Shown: positions 1 to 9,492, numbered from the stretch's first letter. The stretch is 64,000 nucleotides of DNA from an uncultured Gammaproteobacteria bacterium (GCA_964396715.1 CAYNFQ010000002.1:2234-66233); one strand, 5' to 3'. Made by a program: numbers and translations. Notes: generated by a model from the letters alone, not told the origin.

Positions 1-43
1 AAGCAGGCACGAATTTCCGCAAAATTGCCGCAAAATTGCCGCA

Positions 44-811
44 CTATTTTGATTTTTCTTCAGGAGCAGCTTTTCCTCCAGCTTCAGCCGGAGCCTGACC
101 TTCAGCCGGAGCTTCAGCTCCAGGCGCGCCTTCAGCAACTGCTGCACCCTCTACAGCCTCACCTTCAGCAGGAGTACCTTCGGCAGTTTCAGCCGCCGCT
201 GCAGCTGTTTCAGCAGCTTGCTCTTCCATCAACTTCTCCATTTCTGCAGTGACAGCCGGAGCAAGCTTCACCACAATTTCCTCTGGCTCGGCCTGAAGTG
301 TCAGTTTTGCCCTATCATAATTTAACTGCCCCACAGTAATGGCATCATCAATTTGCTTAAGGGGTGTAATATCCACCTCAATTTTGGAAACCATTTCAGC
401 AGGAAGTGCTTCTACTTCAATCTCATTTAAGGTTTGCAAAACAATGGCCTCGCCCAGATGAACTGATTCCGGCTGTTCACCGATTAAAACCAAAGGCACA
501 CTCACTTTCACCTTCTCCTGCAAGTTTACTTGGTAAAAATCTATATGGATTAAATCTCCGCTGATAGGATCATGCTGGACTTCCCTGATCAACACCGGCC
601 TGACTTTCTCTGTACCGATTTTTAAATCAATTAAACCTGTTTCCCCTGCCAGATGAAAAGTTCTTAAGAATTCTTTTTGGTCAACAGCCACAGTCTCGCC
701 ATCTACCCTTTTGCCAAACACATGGCCTGGAAGCAACCCGTCTTTTCTTAGTCTTTTAACTTTTTTACCAAGGATTACCCGCTCCTGCGCCTGTAAACTT
801 AATCTGTCCAT
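44..811 (-). CDS. rplY: 50S ribosomal protein L25 / general stress protein Ctc
   Basis: GKKVKRLRKDGLLPGHVFG, VLIREVQHDP..HIDFYQV and KVSVPLVLIGE motifs; Ala/Glu-rich tail. Confidence 0.95.
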   Translation of the reverse strand: MDRLSLQAQERVILGKKVKRLRKDGLLPGHVFGKRVDGETVAVDQKEFLRTFHLAGETGLIDLKIGTEKVRPVLIREVQHDPISGDLIHIDFYQVNLQEKVKVSVPLVLIGEQPESVHLGEAIVLQTLNEIEVEALPAEMVSKIEVDITPLKQIDDAITVGQLNYDRAKLTLQAEPEEIVVKLAPAVTAEMEKLMEEQAAETAAAAAETAEGTPAEGEAVEGAAVAEGAPGAEAPAEGQAPAEAGGKAAPEEKSK

Positions 812-888
812 GGTCTAGTAAGATACCACATTTGCCTTTTTTGTACAAGCAACCAAATAAAGCCCAGAGTACCCTCACGTGCGTGATT

Positions 889-1305
889 TCAGGCCAATCC
901 GAGAATGATCACTCCCATAACAAGGATAACTGCTCCCATTAACACCTGCAGCTTCTTTTGAGGCTGGGTGATTTCTTTAAAATAGAAAAGCCCCCATAAA
1001 AAAGAAGATAAAATTACCAGAGAAGAAATTATCGGTACGGCTTTTGAAATACCAAGGCTTAAGATGGCAACTAAAGAAATAGCGTTTGCCACAGCCCATA
1101 AAAATCCGCTGATTAGTCCGTATACATTTAGATTTAAAGGGTATCCTAAAATTAAAGAAAGAAAAAAACCTGAAGCAAGGATACCCAAACCCATTAGTGC
1201 CTGGAATTGAATTAACCGTGAAGATTGGGATAACTTAAACGGAACAGTATAAGAACCCCAGGCCAAAGCTGCCCCCAGTGCTGCTAAAAATCCTAATGAC
1301 TCCAT
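889..1305 (-). CDS. Half-size GRP/DMT-family membrane transporter (possibly internally deleted)
   Basis: LGAALAWGSYTVPFK start and GLFYFKE end resemble GRP sugar transporters; only 138 aa. Confidence 0.55.
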   Translation of the reverse strand: MESLGFLAALGAALAWGSYTVPFKLSQSSRLIQFQALMGLGILASGFFLSLILGYPLNLNVYGLISGFLWAVANAISLVAILSLGISKAVPIISSLVILSSFLWGLFYFKEITQPQKKLQVLMGAVILVMGVIILGLA

Positions 1306-1374
1306 CTAACAAGTGTACCATGCCCTGCTGCAAGCTGGCCAAATAATGCCCGAGGTTTGCTCACGTCTTGGAAA

Positions 1375-4209
1375 TTATTTGTTAAATACCACCTCAAATG
1401 ACCGGTTGCGCGACAAATCTGTGGAGATGCTTTGCTCCTGCGGGCCAATCTCTATTCCCTGTTGGGAAGATAAACTGTAGTTTAACGGGTAGGTTAGACT
1501 CCACTCAAAAGGATCTTGTAAGGTGCCGGCCTGCTTGATAACATCCAGCCTGTATTGGGCTTTGCCCTCTTTAAAATCCAGTTTGGTAGGTATTTCATAA
1601 TCTAAAACCAAACTTTTTGCCTCTTTTGGCGAAAGTGAGATCAGGAAAGAATAACCTGACCTGCCGTAGTCCACAAAGCTCTCTACATCCTTGGTAATAT
1701 CACTCTCCCCCCACAAAACTCTCACTATTTTAGCCCCAAACGGCAGATAAACCCTCATCCTGTTTTTATATTTCCCGGCCGGCCAGCTGTTGGAGGGGCT
1801 TTTGTTAATATAACCAATCCGCAGTCTGTGCCTAAGATCCCCATCCTTGCCTACCACAGTTTCCAGGCGGTAATTTCTTTCCAGATAATAGTTGGCTTTA
1901 TTTGCCCCTAAATTGGCCTCTACAGGTGCTAGAAAATCCTGAAGCGTTCCGCCTGTTTCGCTGCCGGCCCTTGGCATAGCATTTGTCCAACCCTGGGAAA
2001 CAAGGTAGGAGAACAGTTTAGGATGATCCAGATAGATGCTCATATGCTTTTCCTCCAAAGATTTTCCCAAACTAGCTACAATCCCCGGCCAATTCTGGTT
2101 AGGCACAAAGATCAGTTTATTAAATAATTGGGAAGTCAGGGCTGTCAAAAAGTTTTTCTTGGCCTGGGAGCCCGGGAAAAAGCTTAACTCCGCATGAGCG
2201 ATGGCTTTTTCAAATAAGTTATCTGCAGTGATTTTTTCATTATAATCAGGCAAATCCAACGGCCCGATCGTCTCCAGTAAATTTTCCATAGCAGAAACAT
2301 CTAGGGCTAAAACTCCCTCCACTCTCTCCCCTGTTTCCTTATTGTAAAACCACTCTGATTGCCTGGCAGATGTGGGAAAATCCGGCTCCCAGTTGGCATC
2401 CCGCAGATACCAGTCTTTTTGTCCCAAATCCTCCCTGATCTCCTTTGGTGGTTCAACATGAAAGTTCAACTGTCCATCAATTGCATAGATATCCTCAACA
2501 TCCAATCTTTTCAGTTTTCCTCCCTCAAAAGTAATGAGGGCATATGAACCAATAAAACCGCCTGCTGGCCGAAGTTCCATATTATTTTGCAGCAGTACCA
2601 GATAGCTTTTAGCACCTTCCCAAGCCACCAGTCCGGGCAGTAAAACGCTCACGGCCCGGCCGTTTTTGACCAAATTTCTATAATGTGACAGTCTGCTTTC
2701 CAAACCATCCACTTGATCTTTTAAAATAGCGGGCAGACTCATTTTAAACTCCTCTGTATTTAATAAAGCGTAGGCTTTGGAAATTTGCTCATCAGCAAAG
2801 GTCAGCTGCAAATTAGCTTTCTCAAAATACTCTTTTGGTGAACCTGTTTCCTCCCCTGTGACGCTCCTAAGCCCCTGATAAAGCTCCTCCACTCCCAAAA
2901 CTGCTGACTTGGCTGACAGTATGGAATAAGTTGCCAGGGATGAAAGCCCGTCTCCAATACTGAAAGCCGGATCCAAAACTGGCATCTTTCTTAACGGTGC
3001 CAAAGATTTAAACATATTTTTCGCACCCCCAAGTCCGTATTCAGCCTGAGAAAGGTTGATTAAACTTTTGTCAAATTCCCCTTTTCCCAAATTTTTGGCA
3101 GCCTCAAGCAATTGGTACCTGAAAGTGAAAACTGCCCACCCGACTGAAACAGCCGGCCAAATCAGCGCATAAAAAATCAGCCCGATTGCCAAAGATAAAT
3201 AAATTTTGCCCAGAGGAAGTTTAAATTTTGGTAATTTAATTGCCCGCTTTGTTTTAGGTTTTGGTGCATCTTTTTTTTCTTCTCTTAAAACCTGCAGTTG
3301 TTCTTTCTTTTCATCTTCCATCTCAGGTACTTTTAACTCGTGGTCTTTAAAATAACTTAAAGTCTCCCTTAAGGCCTTCACAATGCCCACTCTTGGGCGC
3401 CAGTTTAAAAACCTGATGGTTTTTTCTGAGTTGGGAGTTGGCCAGGGCGGTAAAGATTGCGGGCTAAAACTTCTCTCCTCATACCACAAAGGGTCTAAAA
3501 GTATTTGTTTAATCTCCGCTACTTTGATTGGCGAAGATAAAACTCCGTCAAAGATTTTTTGGGCAGTTGCTCCTGAAAAGAGGCTTTTTACCATCAAATC
3601 CAGCGCATCCTCAATATACAAAGCCCTGGTGGAAAAATCCAAAGACACCTCTTTTTGTAAATCTTCCCTCAGGGCCTGCTGGATTAATTTCACCAGAGGA
3701 TCTTTAATCTGAAAGTGCATCCTTGGCCCGTACACCGGACCGAGCCTTAACACCCTGGCATTTAAATTATTCTCCTTGGCAAAGGCAGCCAGTTTAGCCT
3801 CTATTTTTTTAAGCCAGTCGTGCTCGCCCGACCCCCGATCATATAGCTCTATTGAGGAAAGCAGCAGGCACCTTGAACCTGTCTTTTTAAGTAGCTTTAA
3901 AATATTATCTATATTCCAATCTCTGCTGGTGGATAAAACCACATAATCCAGCCTGGGAATATCCAATTCCAAATTTTGAGCATTATCTACTATGAAATGA
4001 AAATTGTTGTCTTTGACAGCATTTTCCAGATTTTGCTTAAAACCTGTGGATAAGTTATCCACCCCGATCACCTGAATTCCTTTTTTCAGCAATTCATCAA
4101 CCAGAGAAGATCCTAAAAAACCCGCTGCTCCCACGACCAAAGCCACAGGAGTGTTTCGCGAAAGGCTTATACTATTTTTTTTGATGATATTTATCTCTGT
4201 TTCATCCAC
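1375..4209 (-). CDS. NAD-dependent epimerase-like domain + TM + DUF4012 domain fusion protein
   Basis: VVGAAGFLGS and GVDNLSTG Rossmann motifs; YLVLLQNNMELRPAGGFIGS and RDANWEPDFPTSA are DUF4012-type motifs. Confidence 0.8.
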   Translation of the reverse strand: MDETEINIIKKNSISLSRNTPVALVVGAAGFLGSSLVDELLKKGIQVIGVDNLSTGFKQNLENAVKDNNFHFIVDNAQNLELDIPRLDYVVLSTSRDWNIDNILKLLKKTGSRCLLLSSIELYDRGSGEHDWLKKIEAKLAAFAKENNLNARVLRLGPVYGPRMHFQIKDPLVKLIQQALREDLQKEVSLDFSTRALYIEDALDLMVKSLFSGATAQKIFDGVLSSPIKVAEIKQILLDPLWYEERSFSPQSLPPWPTPNSEKTIRFLNWRPRVGIVKALRETLSYFKDHELKVPEMEDEKKEQLQVLREEKKDAPKPKTKRAIKLPKFKLPLGKIYLSLAIGLIFYALIWPAVSVGWAVFTFRYQLLEAAKNLGKGEFDKSLINLSQAEYGLGGAKNMFKSLAPLRKMPVLDPAFSIGDGLSSLATYSILSAKSAVLGVEELYQGLRSVTGEETGSPKEYFEKANLQLTFADEQISKAYALLNTEEFKMSLPAILKDQVDGLESRLSHYRNLVKNGRAVSVLLPGLVAWEGAKSYLVLLQNNMELRPAGGFIGSYALITFEGGKLKRLDVEDIYAIDGQLNFHVEPPKEIREDLGQKDWYLRDANWEPDFPTSARQSEWFYNKETGERVEGVLALDVSAMENLLETIGPLDLPDYNEKITADNLFEKAIAHAELSFFPGSQAKKNFLTALTSQLFNKLIFVPNQNWPGIVASLGKSLEEKHMSIYLDHPKLFSYLVSQGWTNAMPRAGSETGGTLQDFLAPVEANLGANKANYYLERNYRLETVVGKDGDLRHRLRIGYINKSPSNSWPAGKYKNRMRVYLPFGAKIVRVLWGESDITKDVESFVDYGRSGYSFLISLSPKEAKSLVLDYEIPTKLDFKEGKAQYRLDVIKQAGTLQDPFEWSLTYPLNYSLSSQQGIEIGPQEQSISTDLSRNRSFEVVFNK

Positions 4210-4271
4210 GCGTAAATCGTAGCAGAGAAAAATAAGAATGCAATATGGAGGAAGTAGATCTTAATGGATAA

Positions 4272-4682
4272 TTATTGCTTATCAAGCGCCCAATTGGCCA
4301 GTTGGTCGGCTAAGGTATTTTGTGCGCGAGGAATGTGGCTGTAAACAACACCACCCAGCTCCATTGCTAAAATTTTAATTTGTTCAATCATTGGCTTAAG
4401 ATGTTTTGCTTTAACCTTAAACCTACCCGATAATTGTTCTGCCACCAGCTTTGAATCTGCAAAAAGTTCTATTTGAAGCTGTTCCTGCCCAGGTGCATAC
4501 TGCTTAATGTGTTTTAGCGCTGCCAAAACCGCAGTATATTCTGCTACATTGTTGGTGGTAATTCCAATTATTTTACCGACTTTGTGTAAAATATTGCCCT
4601 TCTCATCAGAAATCACAAAACCATAGGCTGCAGGTCCTGGATTACCGCGGGATGCTCCATCAGTAAATATGGTTAATTTCAT
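4272..4682 (-). CDS. rnhA: Ribonuclease HI family protein
   Basis: TDGASRGNPG, TNNVAEY, DSKLV and HIPRAQNTLADQLAN motifs. Confidence 0.93.
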   Translation of the reverse strand: MKLTIFTDGASRGNPGPAAYGFVISDEKGNILHKVGKIIGITTNNVAEYTAVLAALKHIKQYAPGQEQLQIELFADSKLVAEQLSGRFKVKAKHLKPMIEQIKILAMELGGVVYSHIPRAQNTLADQLANWALDKQ

Positions 4683-5881
4683 CTTAACAGACTAACAAGC
4701 AGCATCAGCAAAATCAAGTACTCGGATACCACAGTGGTAGTGGCTGCTGCCATAAACGAATAAGCAGGGATGTAGATAAAATTTAAGACTAAGTTGATCG
4801 CCAAACCGAACGCGTAAATTATCAGCAATGTCTTATATCTACCCTTGCCAATTAAAATCCACATCAAAAGCGAGGACAAAAAATAGGCCGGGAAACCTGC
4901 GGATAATATTTGCAGGCTTTGAGAAGAACCGATAAATCCTCCTCCTGTCAAAAGATTTATCACGGTTGGCGCCAGCATGAGTGTTAGCGCCATACCCAAA
5001 CCAGCCAGCAACAATAAACCCAGTCCAATAATCTTGCTGCCTTGGTAAGATTTCAGCATCAGCGGATAATAAGCATTCATAATAAAGGTGGGCAAAACCA
5101 GGGCTGATTGGAAAATTGAATAGGCAATATTATATATTCCGGCATCAGATACACCTTTAAAATAGGCCACCATAAATGAATCTGCCCGAAAATAGATCAC
5201 ATTTAACCCTAAAGTTGCGGCAATGGGCCAACTGCTTGTGATAAGTTTTTTGGAAAAGGTCGCATCAAAAATAGGTGTCATTGTTTGAGTAATTTTCCTG
5301 GAAAATATTACAGCCAAAAAAACTACCAGTATCCAGTTTAAAACCTGGGCAAAGATTAAATACAAAAGGGGGAAGTTGGCATTAACAAACCAGATCACCA
5401 GCAATAAATTTAACACAGTGCCTGCTGATGTTGCCGCAACAGACAAATCATATCTTAATTTGGACTGAAACAACAAGTTAATGCTGACAAAAATGGCAGA
5501 TCCAAAAATGATCGGGCTGCCAAAGATAACCAGTTTTCTGAATACATCACCCCCGATAGGCAGAAGGGGGAGCACGATTATGGAAAGTGCCATTAGTATT
5601 GCTGCCCATACAATTCTTGTTCCTAAAAGTTTCCTAAACATCTGCTTCTGCAGACTGAAGACTGAAGACTGAAGACTTTTTAAAACATGCGCATTAAAAC
5701 CAAAATCGGAAAGCAGCATAAACATGGACAGGTAAGTCAGGGCCAGAGTAAAAATACCTGTTCCTTCCTCACCAAACTTTCTGGTGATAAGACCCAAGAT
5801 GATGATGGTGGAGAAAACAGACACGGCTTTGCCTGCAATCTGCCACATTGTTTGCTGGGAAATTTTTAAAATTTGACTCAC
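4679..5881 (-). CDS. Wzx-type polysaccharide flippase
   Basis: Multi-TM protein with SDFGFN and YFRADSFM..GIYNIAY; GTG start at 5881 chosen for its GTGA overlap with the upstream stop. Confidence 0.82.
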   Translation of the reverse strand: MSQILKISQQTMWQIAGKAVSVFSTIIILGLITRKFGEEGTGIFTLALTYLSMFMLLSDFGFNAHVLKSLQSSVFSLQKQMFRKLLGTRIVWAAILMALSIIVLPLLPIGGDVFRKLVIFGSPIIFGSAIFVSINLLFQSKLRYDLSVAATSAGTVLNLLLVIWFVNANFPLLYLIFAQVLNWILVVFLAVIFSRKITQTMTPIFDATFSKKLITSSWPIAATLGLNVIYFRADSFMVAYFKGVSDAGIYNIAYSIFQSALVLPTFIMNAYYPLMLKSYQGSKIIGLGLLLLAGLGMALTLMLAPTVINLLTGGGFIGSSQSLQILSAGFPAYFLSSLLMWILIGKGRYKTLLIIYAFGLAINLVLNFIYIPAYSFMAAATTTVVSEYLILLMLLVSLLR

Positions 5882-7155
5882 GCTTTTAATTCTAACATGG
5901 AAAGGCTCAGTCCCCAAATTAAAAATAGCAGTCTTATTCCTTGGGGCAGGGTTAAAAAGTAGTGATCAAATAATCCTAAAAATAGCATGGTTCCCCAAAT
6001 AATTGGAAATCTGTCTGCCGACAGGCAAGATTTGAGACCTGTCTGCCGACAGGCAAGATTGGAAATCTGTCTGCCGACAGGCAAGATTGGAAATTGTTTT
6101 AATATAGGATATCCCAAAAGCCCCAACCACCCTAACAGTCCCAACATCCCTGTTTCAGAAAGAGCCAAAAGGAAAATATTATGCACCGGCTGTAAAAAGC
6201 GGCTGGGGCCTGATATTAACTCAGACGACAAAGAGGGAATAAAGTTATTTAAACCTACTCCAGATACAGGATTTTTCCAAAATAGCTCCAGTGCTGATCT
6301 AGTCAATTCTTCTCTTCTCAAAAAAGTCAGCTGATCATAGTTAAATATGGCTGCAAAACGCGTATATAAAATGGGCATTAGCAAAAAAATAACCAAAAGC
6401 AACAGTAACCGTCCTCTGGTCTTAAGTATCAGCAGAGCAGATGCCAAGCCGGCAATTATGGCTGTTCTGGAAAAAGTAAGCAGTGTCGTCATTCCCGCGA
6501 AGGCGGGAATCCAATTAGCCGTTTTGTTTATGGATCCCTGCTTCCGCAGGGATGACAGGATCACAACTGTGATAACCATAAATGCAGCCAAAATATTAGG
6601 ATGGGGGAAGGTTCCATAAGGCCTTAAAAACTCACGTCCATAAAAATCAAACTTGGCAATACCAGGGGTGGAGAGAGAAAAACTGCGCTCACCCAGTATC
6701 CAAAGACCGATTGTGCCTTCTTTTAAAAACTGCAGGATTGCCAAGGTGGATTCAAAAAGAACCGCAAAAGCTAGCGGCGTATATAACTTTGCCCTCAGCA
6801 CTGCCCACTTTGTACTCGCTATATACACCCCAAACAGCCCTGCTATCAGATACTGCTCCAATCTGATAAACCCAACCCCCAATGCTTGCGGGTTAAAAAG
6901 CAGTGAAACAGTTTGAGTCAAAATAAAAAAATAAAAAAAAGTTAAGGCTAGTCTGTTGATGTGTTTACCGGAAAAAAGGCATACCACCCATAAAACAATT
7001 ACCAAAATATCCCAAAAATAAAGAGTGGGGGAAAGATAGTCAATTGGCAGGGAATAGATAAAAGAGAACTGGGGCCAGAAATGCCGTCCAAGCTGGGTGG
7101 GAAGGAAGAGCAGGACTAAAAATAGTAAGGTTCTTTCTAAATTCGCAAGAGTCAT
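5878..7155 (-). CDS. O-antigen ligase (Wzy_C) family protein with two in-frame repeat insertions
   Basis: RPYGTFPHPN, LTFSRTA, GVGLNNF and PVHNIFLLALSETG motifs. Confidence 0.88.
   Translation of the reverse strand: MTLANLERTLLFLVLLFLPTQLGRHFWPQFSFIYSLPIDYLSPTLYFWDILVIVLWVVCLFSGKHINRLALTFFYFFILTQTVSLLFNPQALGVGFIRLEQYLIAGLFGVYIASTKWAVLRAKLYTPLAFAVLFESTLAILQFLKEGTIGLWILGERSFSLSTPGIAKFDFYGREFLRPYGTFPHPNILAAFMVITVVILSSLRKQGSINKTANWIPAFAGMTTLLTFSRTAIIAGLASALLILKTRGRLLLLLVIFLLMPILYTRFAAIFNYDQLTFLRREELTRSALELFWKNPVSGVGLNNFIPSLSSELISGPSRFLQPVHNIFLLALSETGMLGLLGWLGLLGYPILKQFPILPVGRQISNLACRQTGLKSCLSADRFPIIWGTMLFLGLFDHYFLTLPQGIRLLFLIWGLSLSMLELKA
6003..6095. repeat. 3 x 28-bp tandem repeat (TTGGAAATCTGTCTGCCGACAGGCAAGA) inside the O-antigen ligase
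   Basis: Units at 6003, 6031 and 6059, plus a partial unit at 6087; hairpin core CTGTC-TGCC-GACAG. Confidence 0.95.
6488..6556. repeat. Palindromic element (GTCATTCCCGCGAAGGCGGGAATCCA...TGGATCCCTGCTTCCGCAGGGATGAC) in-frame in a CDS
   Basis: Two inverted ~26-bp units; translates as part of SSLRKQGSINKTANWIPAFAGMT. Confidence 0.88.
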
Positions 7156-7199
7156 TTCGTAACACTCGGAATGACTCGGAGGGCCAGAATTTCAGAATA

Positions 7200-7694
7200 T
7201 CAGACGGTCTGACTTTCTGATTTATCTGAGTCTTCCTGAGTTTTCTGGATCACTGGTTTTATCACCACATGCCTATCTCTTCCCTCGCCCACACTCTCAG
7301 TCATCAGTCCCTCTATCTCACCCACCACCATATGTACCACCCTTCTTTGCCAGGGAGATTGCGGCTCAAGTTCAATTTCCTTGCCTGTTGCCAAAACTTC
7401 CTTCCCCAATTCTTTTGAACGGGCAGCCAGTTCCTCTTCTTTTTGCTTTCTCCAGCCTGAAACATCCAAGATCACCCTTTTAAACCCTTCTTCTCCAGCT
7501 TTCTTGGAAATGATCTGGTTTATCAGAAGCTGCAATCCCTCCAAAGACTCGCCTCTTGTGCCAATCAGCCTTCCCGCATCTTTTGTTTCTATGGAAACCT
7601 CAAACCCCTGATCGGTTTCTTCAATCTCATAGCTTCCCTCCAAAAGAAGCAGCCCCAATATATTATCTAGTACATCTGATAGTTGTTTTTCCAT
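7200..7694 (-). CDS. jag: Jag/EloR-type KH + R3H RNA-binding protein
   Basis: GRLIGTRGESLEGLQ (KH) and WQRRVVH (R3H); follows yidC. Confidence 0.9.
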   Translation of the reverse strand: MEKQLSDVLDNILGLLLLEGSYEIEETDQGFEVSIETKDAGRLIGTRGESLEGLQLLINQIISKKAGEEGFKRVILDVSGWRKQKEEELAARSKELGKEVLATGKEIELEPQSPWQRRVVHMVVGEIEGLMTESVGEGRDRHVVIKPVIQKTQEDSDKSESQTV

Positions 7695-7702
7695 AACTTA
7701 TT

Positions 7703-7780
7703 AAATTCGAAATCCTAATATAATTTTGGATTTTGATATTTGAATTTGTTTAGGATTTCGGGCTTCGAATTTTGAATTTT
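7703..7780. repeat. 7-bp-periodic inverted-repeat hairpin (AAATTCG/ATTTCG type)
   Basis: aaattcgaaatcctaa...ttaggatttcgggcttcgaattttgaatttt. Confidence 0.7.
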
Positions 7781-8607
7781 CCGACATAGTCGGATAATCC
7801 TCCCCAGCCGGAAATTTTATACTGCTGGATAATCCCCAGTATTGTATACGTATTCCAATAAATTGCAAGCCCTATGGGAAAAGTAAAGGCAAAATAACCG
7901 ATCATCACCGGCATTAGATATACCATTTGAGACTGAACCTGTCCCATACTCTCTTCCAAACCTTCTTTTTCTTTTTTCTCTTGCGGAGAATCCGCAGGAT
8001 AGGTTTTTACTGGTTTGGCAAGCATCATTTTGGACTGGACAAAGGTGAGGGCGGCGGTAATCAAAGGTATGGTCAAAAGAATTGGTCCGTAAGTTGTAAA
8101 CTCAGAGGGTTTGACTGCCAAGTTAATACCCAAAAAGCTCGGGTCCAGCCCTGGTGGAAGTTTTAAATTTGGAAAATAAAGCAGGGTATTAATCTTATCT
8201 ATCTGCCCGCCTGCGCCGGGAATAATATTTAACAGTGCCTGATATAAAGCAATAAAAATGGGGATTTGGATTAAGGCCGGCAAACAGCCGCCTGCCGGAT
8301 TAACACCGTGTTCTTTATATAAAGCCATTTGTGCTTGTGCCAAAGCCTGTTTATTGTCAGTGTGTTTTTTCTTAAGCTCGTCCATGTGCGGTTTTAAGTC
8401 TGCCATTTTTTTGGCTGATTTTATCTGGGAGCTCATAAAAGGCCAGACCAGGATTCTAATGATTACTGTTAAAAGAATTATTGATAATCCCAGGGCTCCG
8501 GGGATAGATACTGCTTGCAACCCCTGGAAAATTAGTACCAAAAGATTGACTGTCGGGCCGTAAAAAATCAGGTTAAAAATATCCCCTATTACCCCCATTA
8601 CCTGCAC
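7750..8607 (-). CDS. yidC: Membrane protein insertase YidC
   Basis: IILLTVIIR, LYKEHGVNPAGGCLPALIQIPIF and GLAIYW motifs. Confidence 0.95.
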   Translation of the reverse strand: MQVMGVIGDIFNLIFYGPTVNLLVLIFQGLQAVSIPGALGLSIILLTVIIRILVWPFMSSQIKSAKKMADLKPHMDELKKKHTDNKQALAQAQMALYKEHGVNPAGGCLPALIQIPIFIALYQALLNIIPGAGGQIDKINTLLYFPNLKLPPGLDPSFLGINLAVKPSEFTTYGPILLTIPLITAALTFVQSKMMLAKPVKTYPADSPQEKKEKEGLEESMGQVQSQMVYLMPVMIGYFAFTFPIGLAIYWNTYTILGIIQQYKISGWGGLSDYVGKFKIRSPKS

Positions 8608-8798
8608 CTCCAGATTCTTTTTATACCCAGCCAGCTTCCCCTAAAAACCCCCCAATCCCTAATCGCTGTTTTAGTATATTCAGAGCAGGAGAGGGAGTAT
8701 TTGCAGGCACCGCCAGGGGCAAAAACACACAGTAACCCCCGATCAAAAGACAAAAATCTCTGATAAAAATTTATTAAACCTATTATTATTTTTTTCAT
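8598..8798 (-). CDS. yidD: Membrane protein insertion efficiency factor YidD
   Basis: YQRFLS, CKYSLSCSEY and GIKRIWRC; lies between rnpA and yidC. Confidence 0.9.
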   Translation of the reverse strand: MKKIIIGLINFYQRFLSFDRGLLCVFAPGGACKYSLSCSEYTKTAIRDWGVFRGSWLGIKRIWRCR

Positions 8799-8813
8799 AG
8801 TTTTTATGGTGAC

Positions 8814-8861
8814 TTCTCGCTTTGCTCGAAGAATAAATTATTGTTCGAACGAAAGTGAGAA
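8814..8861. repeat. Intergenic palindrome
   Basis: TTCTCGCTTTGCTCGAAGAATAA / TTATTGTTCGAACGAAAGTGAGAA imperfect inverted arms. Confidence 0.7.
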
Positions 8862-8877
8862 CATACCTTAAAGACTA

Positions 8878-9213
8878 CTATATAATTTTTTCATCTTTAA
8901 GTTTTGACTCCACATCCAATAAGACGTCTCCTGATTTTACATTAAGTATGCTCTGTTTGGGAAGAGCCACTATATTGATGGTAGATGGTAGGTCATGGAT
9001 GATAGATTGGACAGCTTGAGATACCAAGCGTTTTACCCTATTCCTCTCAGTAGCCTTTTTAAAAATCCTTGATGAAACAGCAATGCCAACTCTGGGAGTC
9101 TTGTTTTCCCCCCACCTAATAAATAGTTTCAGATACCTGCTTTCTATCTTTTTACCAGAGGCTACCCACTTAAAATCTGTTTTTAAATTAAGTCTTTGGG
9201 ATTTGGGAAGCAT
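8878..9213 (-). CDS. rnpA: Ribonuclease P protein component
   Basis: MLPKSQRL, RVGIAVS and KATERNRVKR (RNR motif). Confidence 0.95.
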   Translation of the reverse strand: MLPKSQRLNLKTDFKWVASGKKIESRYLKLFIRWGENKTPRVGIAVSSRIFKKATERNRVKRLVSQAVQSIIHDLPSTINIVALPKQSILNVKSGDVLLDVESKLKDEKII

Positions 9214-9351
9214 CTAGATAGTAAGCCTTGTTCTGCCCTGAACTCTTCTTCTCTTAATTACCCCTCTTCCACCGGCAGTTGCAATTCTGGCTCTGTAACC
9301 ATGTTTTCTGACTCTTTTTAATTTTTTAGGCTGGTAAACTCTTTTTGGCAT
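9214..9351 (-). CDS. rpmH: 50S ribosomal protein L34 (not in ORF track)
   Basis: Manual translation [45 protein letters not shown]; directly upstream of rnpA. Confidence 0.96.
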   Translation of the reverse strand: MPKRVYQPKKLKRVRKHGYRARIATAGGRGVIKRRRVQGRTRLTI

Positions 9352-9360
9352 AGAGAAATT

Positions 9361-9492
9361 TTATCGGCGCTTTGAGGGCTTAGATTGAATATCCTTCTTT
9401 ATCAGTGAAAGCCAAATTCCTAATGCTATAATTGCCAACAGGCCAAATACTATAGATGAATTAAAAACATCTAACCAATTTATTTGACTCAT
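9361..9492 (-). CDS. 43-aa single-TM microprotein (not in ORF track)
   Basis: MSQINWLDVFNSSIVFGLLAIIALGIWLSLIKKDIQSKPSKRR; ATGA overlap with the upstream gene. Confidence 0.6.
   Translation of the reverse strand: MSQINWLDVFNSSIVFGLLAIIALGIWLSLIKKDIQSKPSKRR

Noticed and set aside
4045-4062. Back-to-back DnaA-box-like palindrome TGTGGATAAGTTATCCAC
   Set aside because: It lies in codons for the conserved epimerase motif VDNLST, over 5 kb from the box clusters, so coding constraint explains it
6003-6095. 28-bp repeats as a mini CRISPR array
   Set aside because: The units are adjacent with no unique spacers, lie inside a CDS, and no cas genes are in the window
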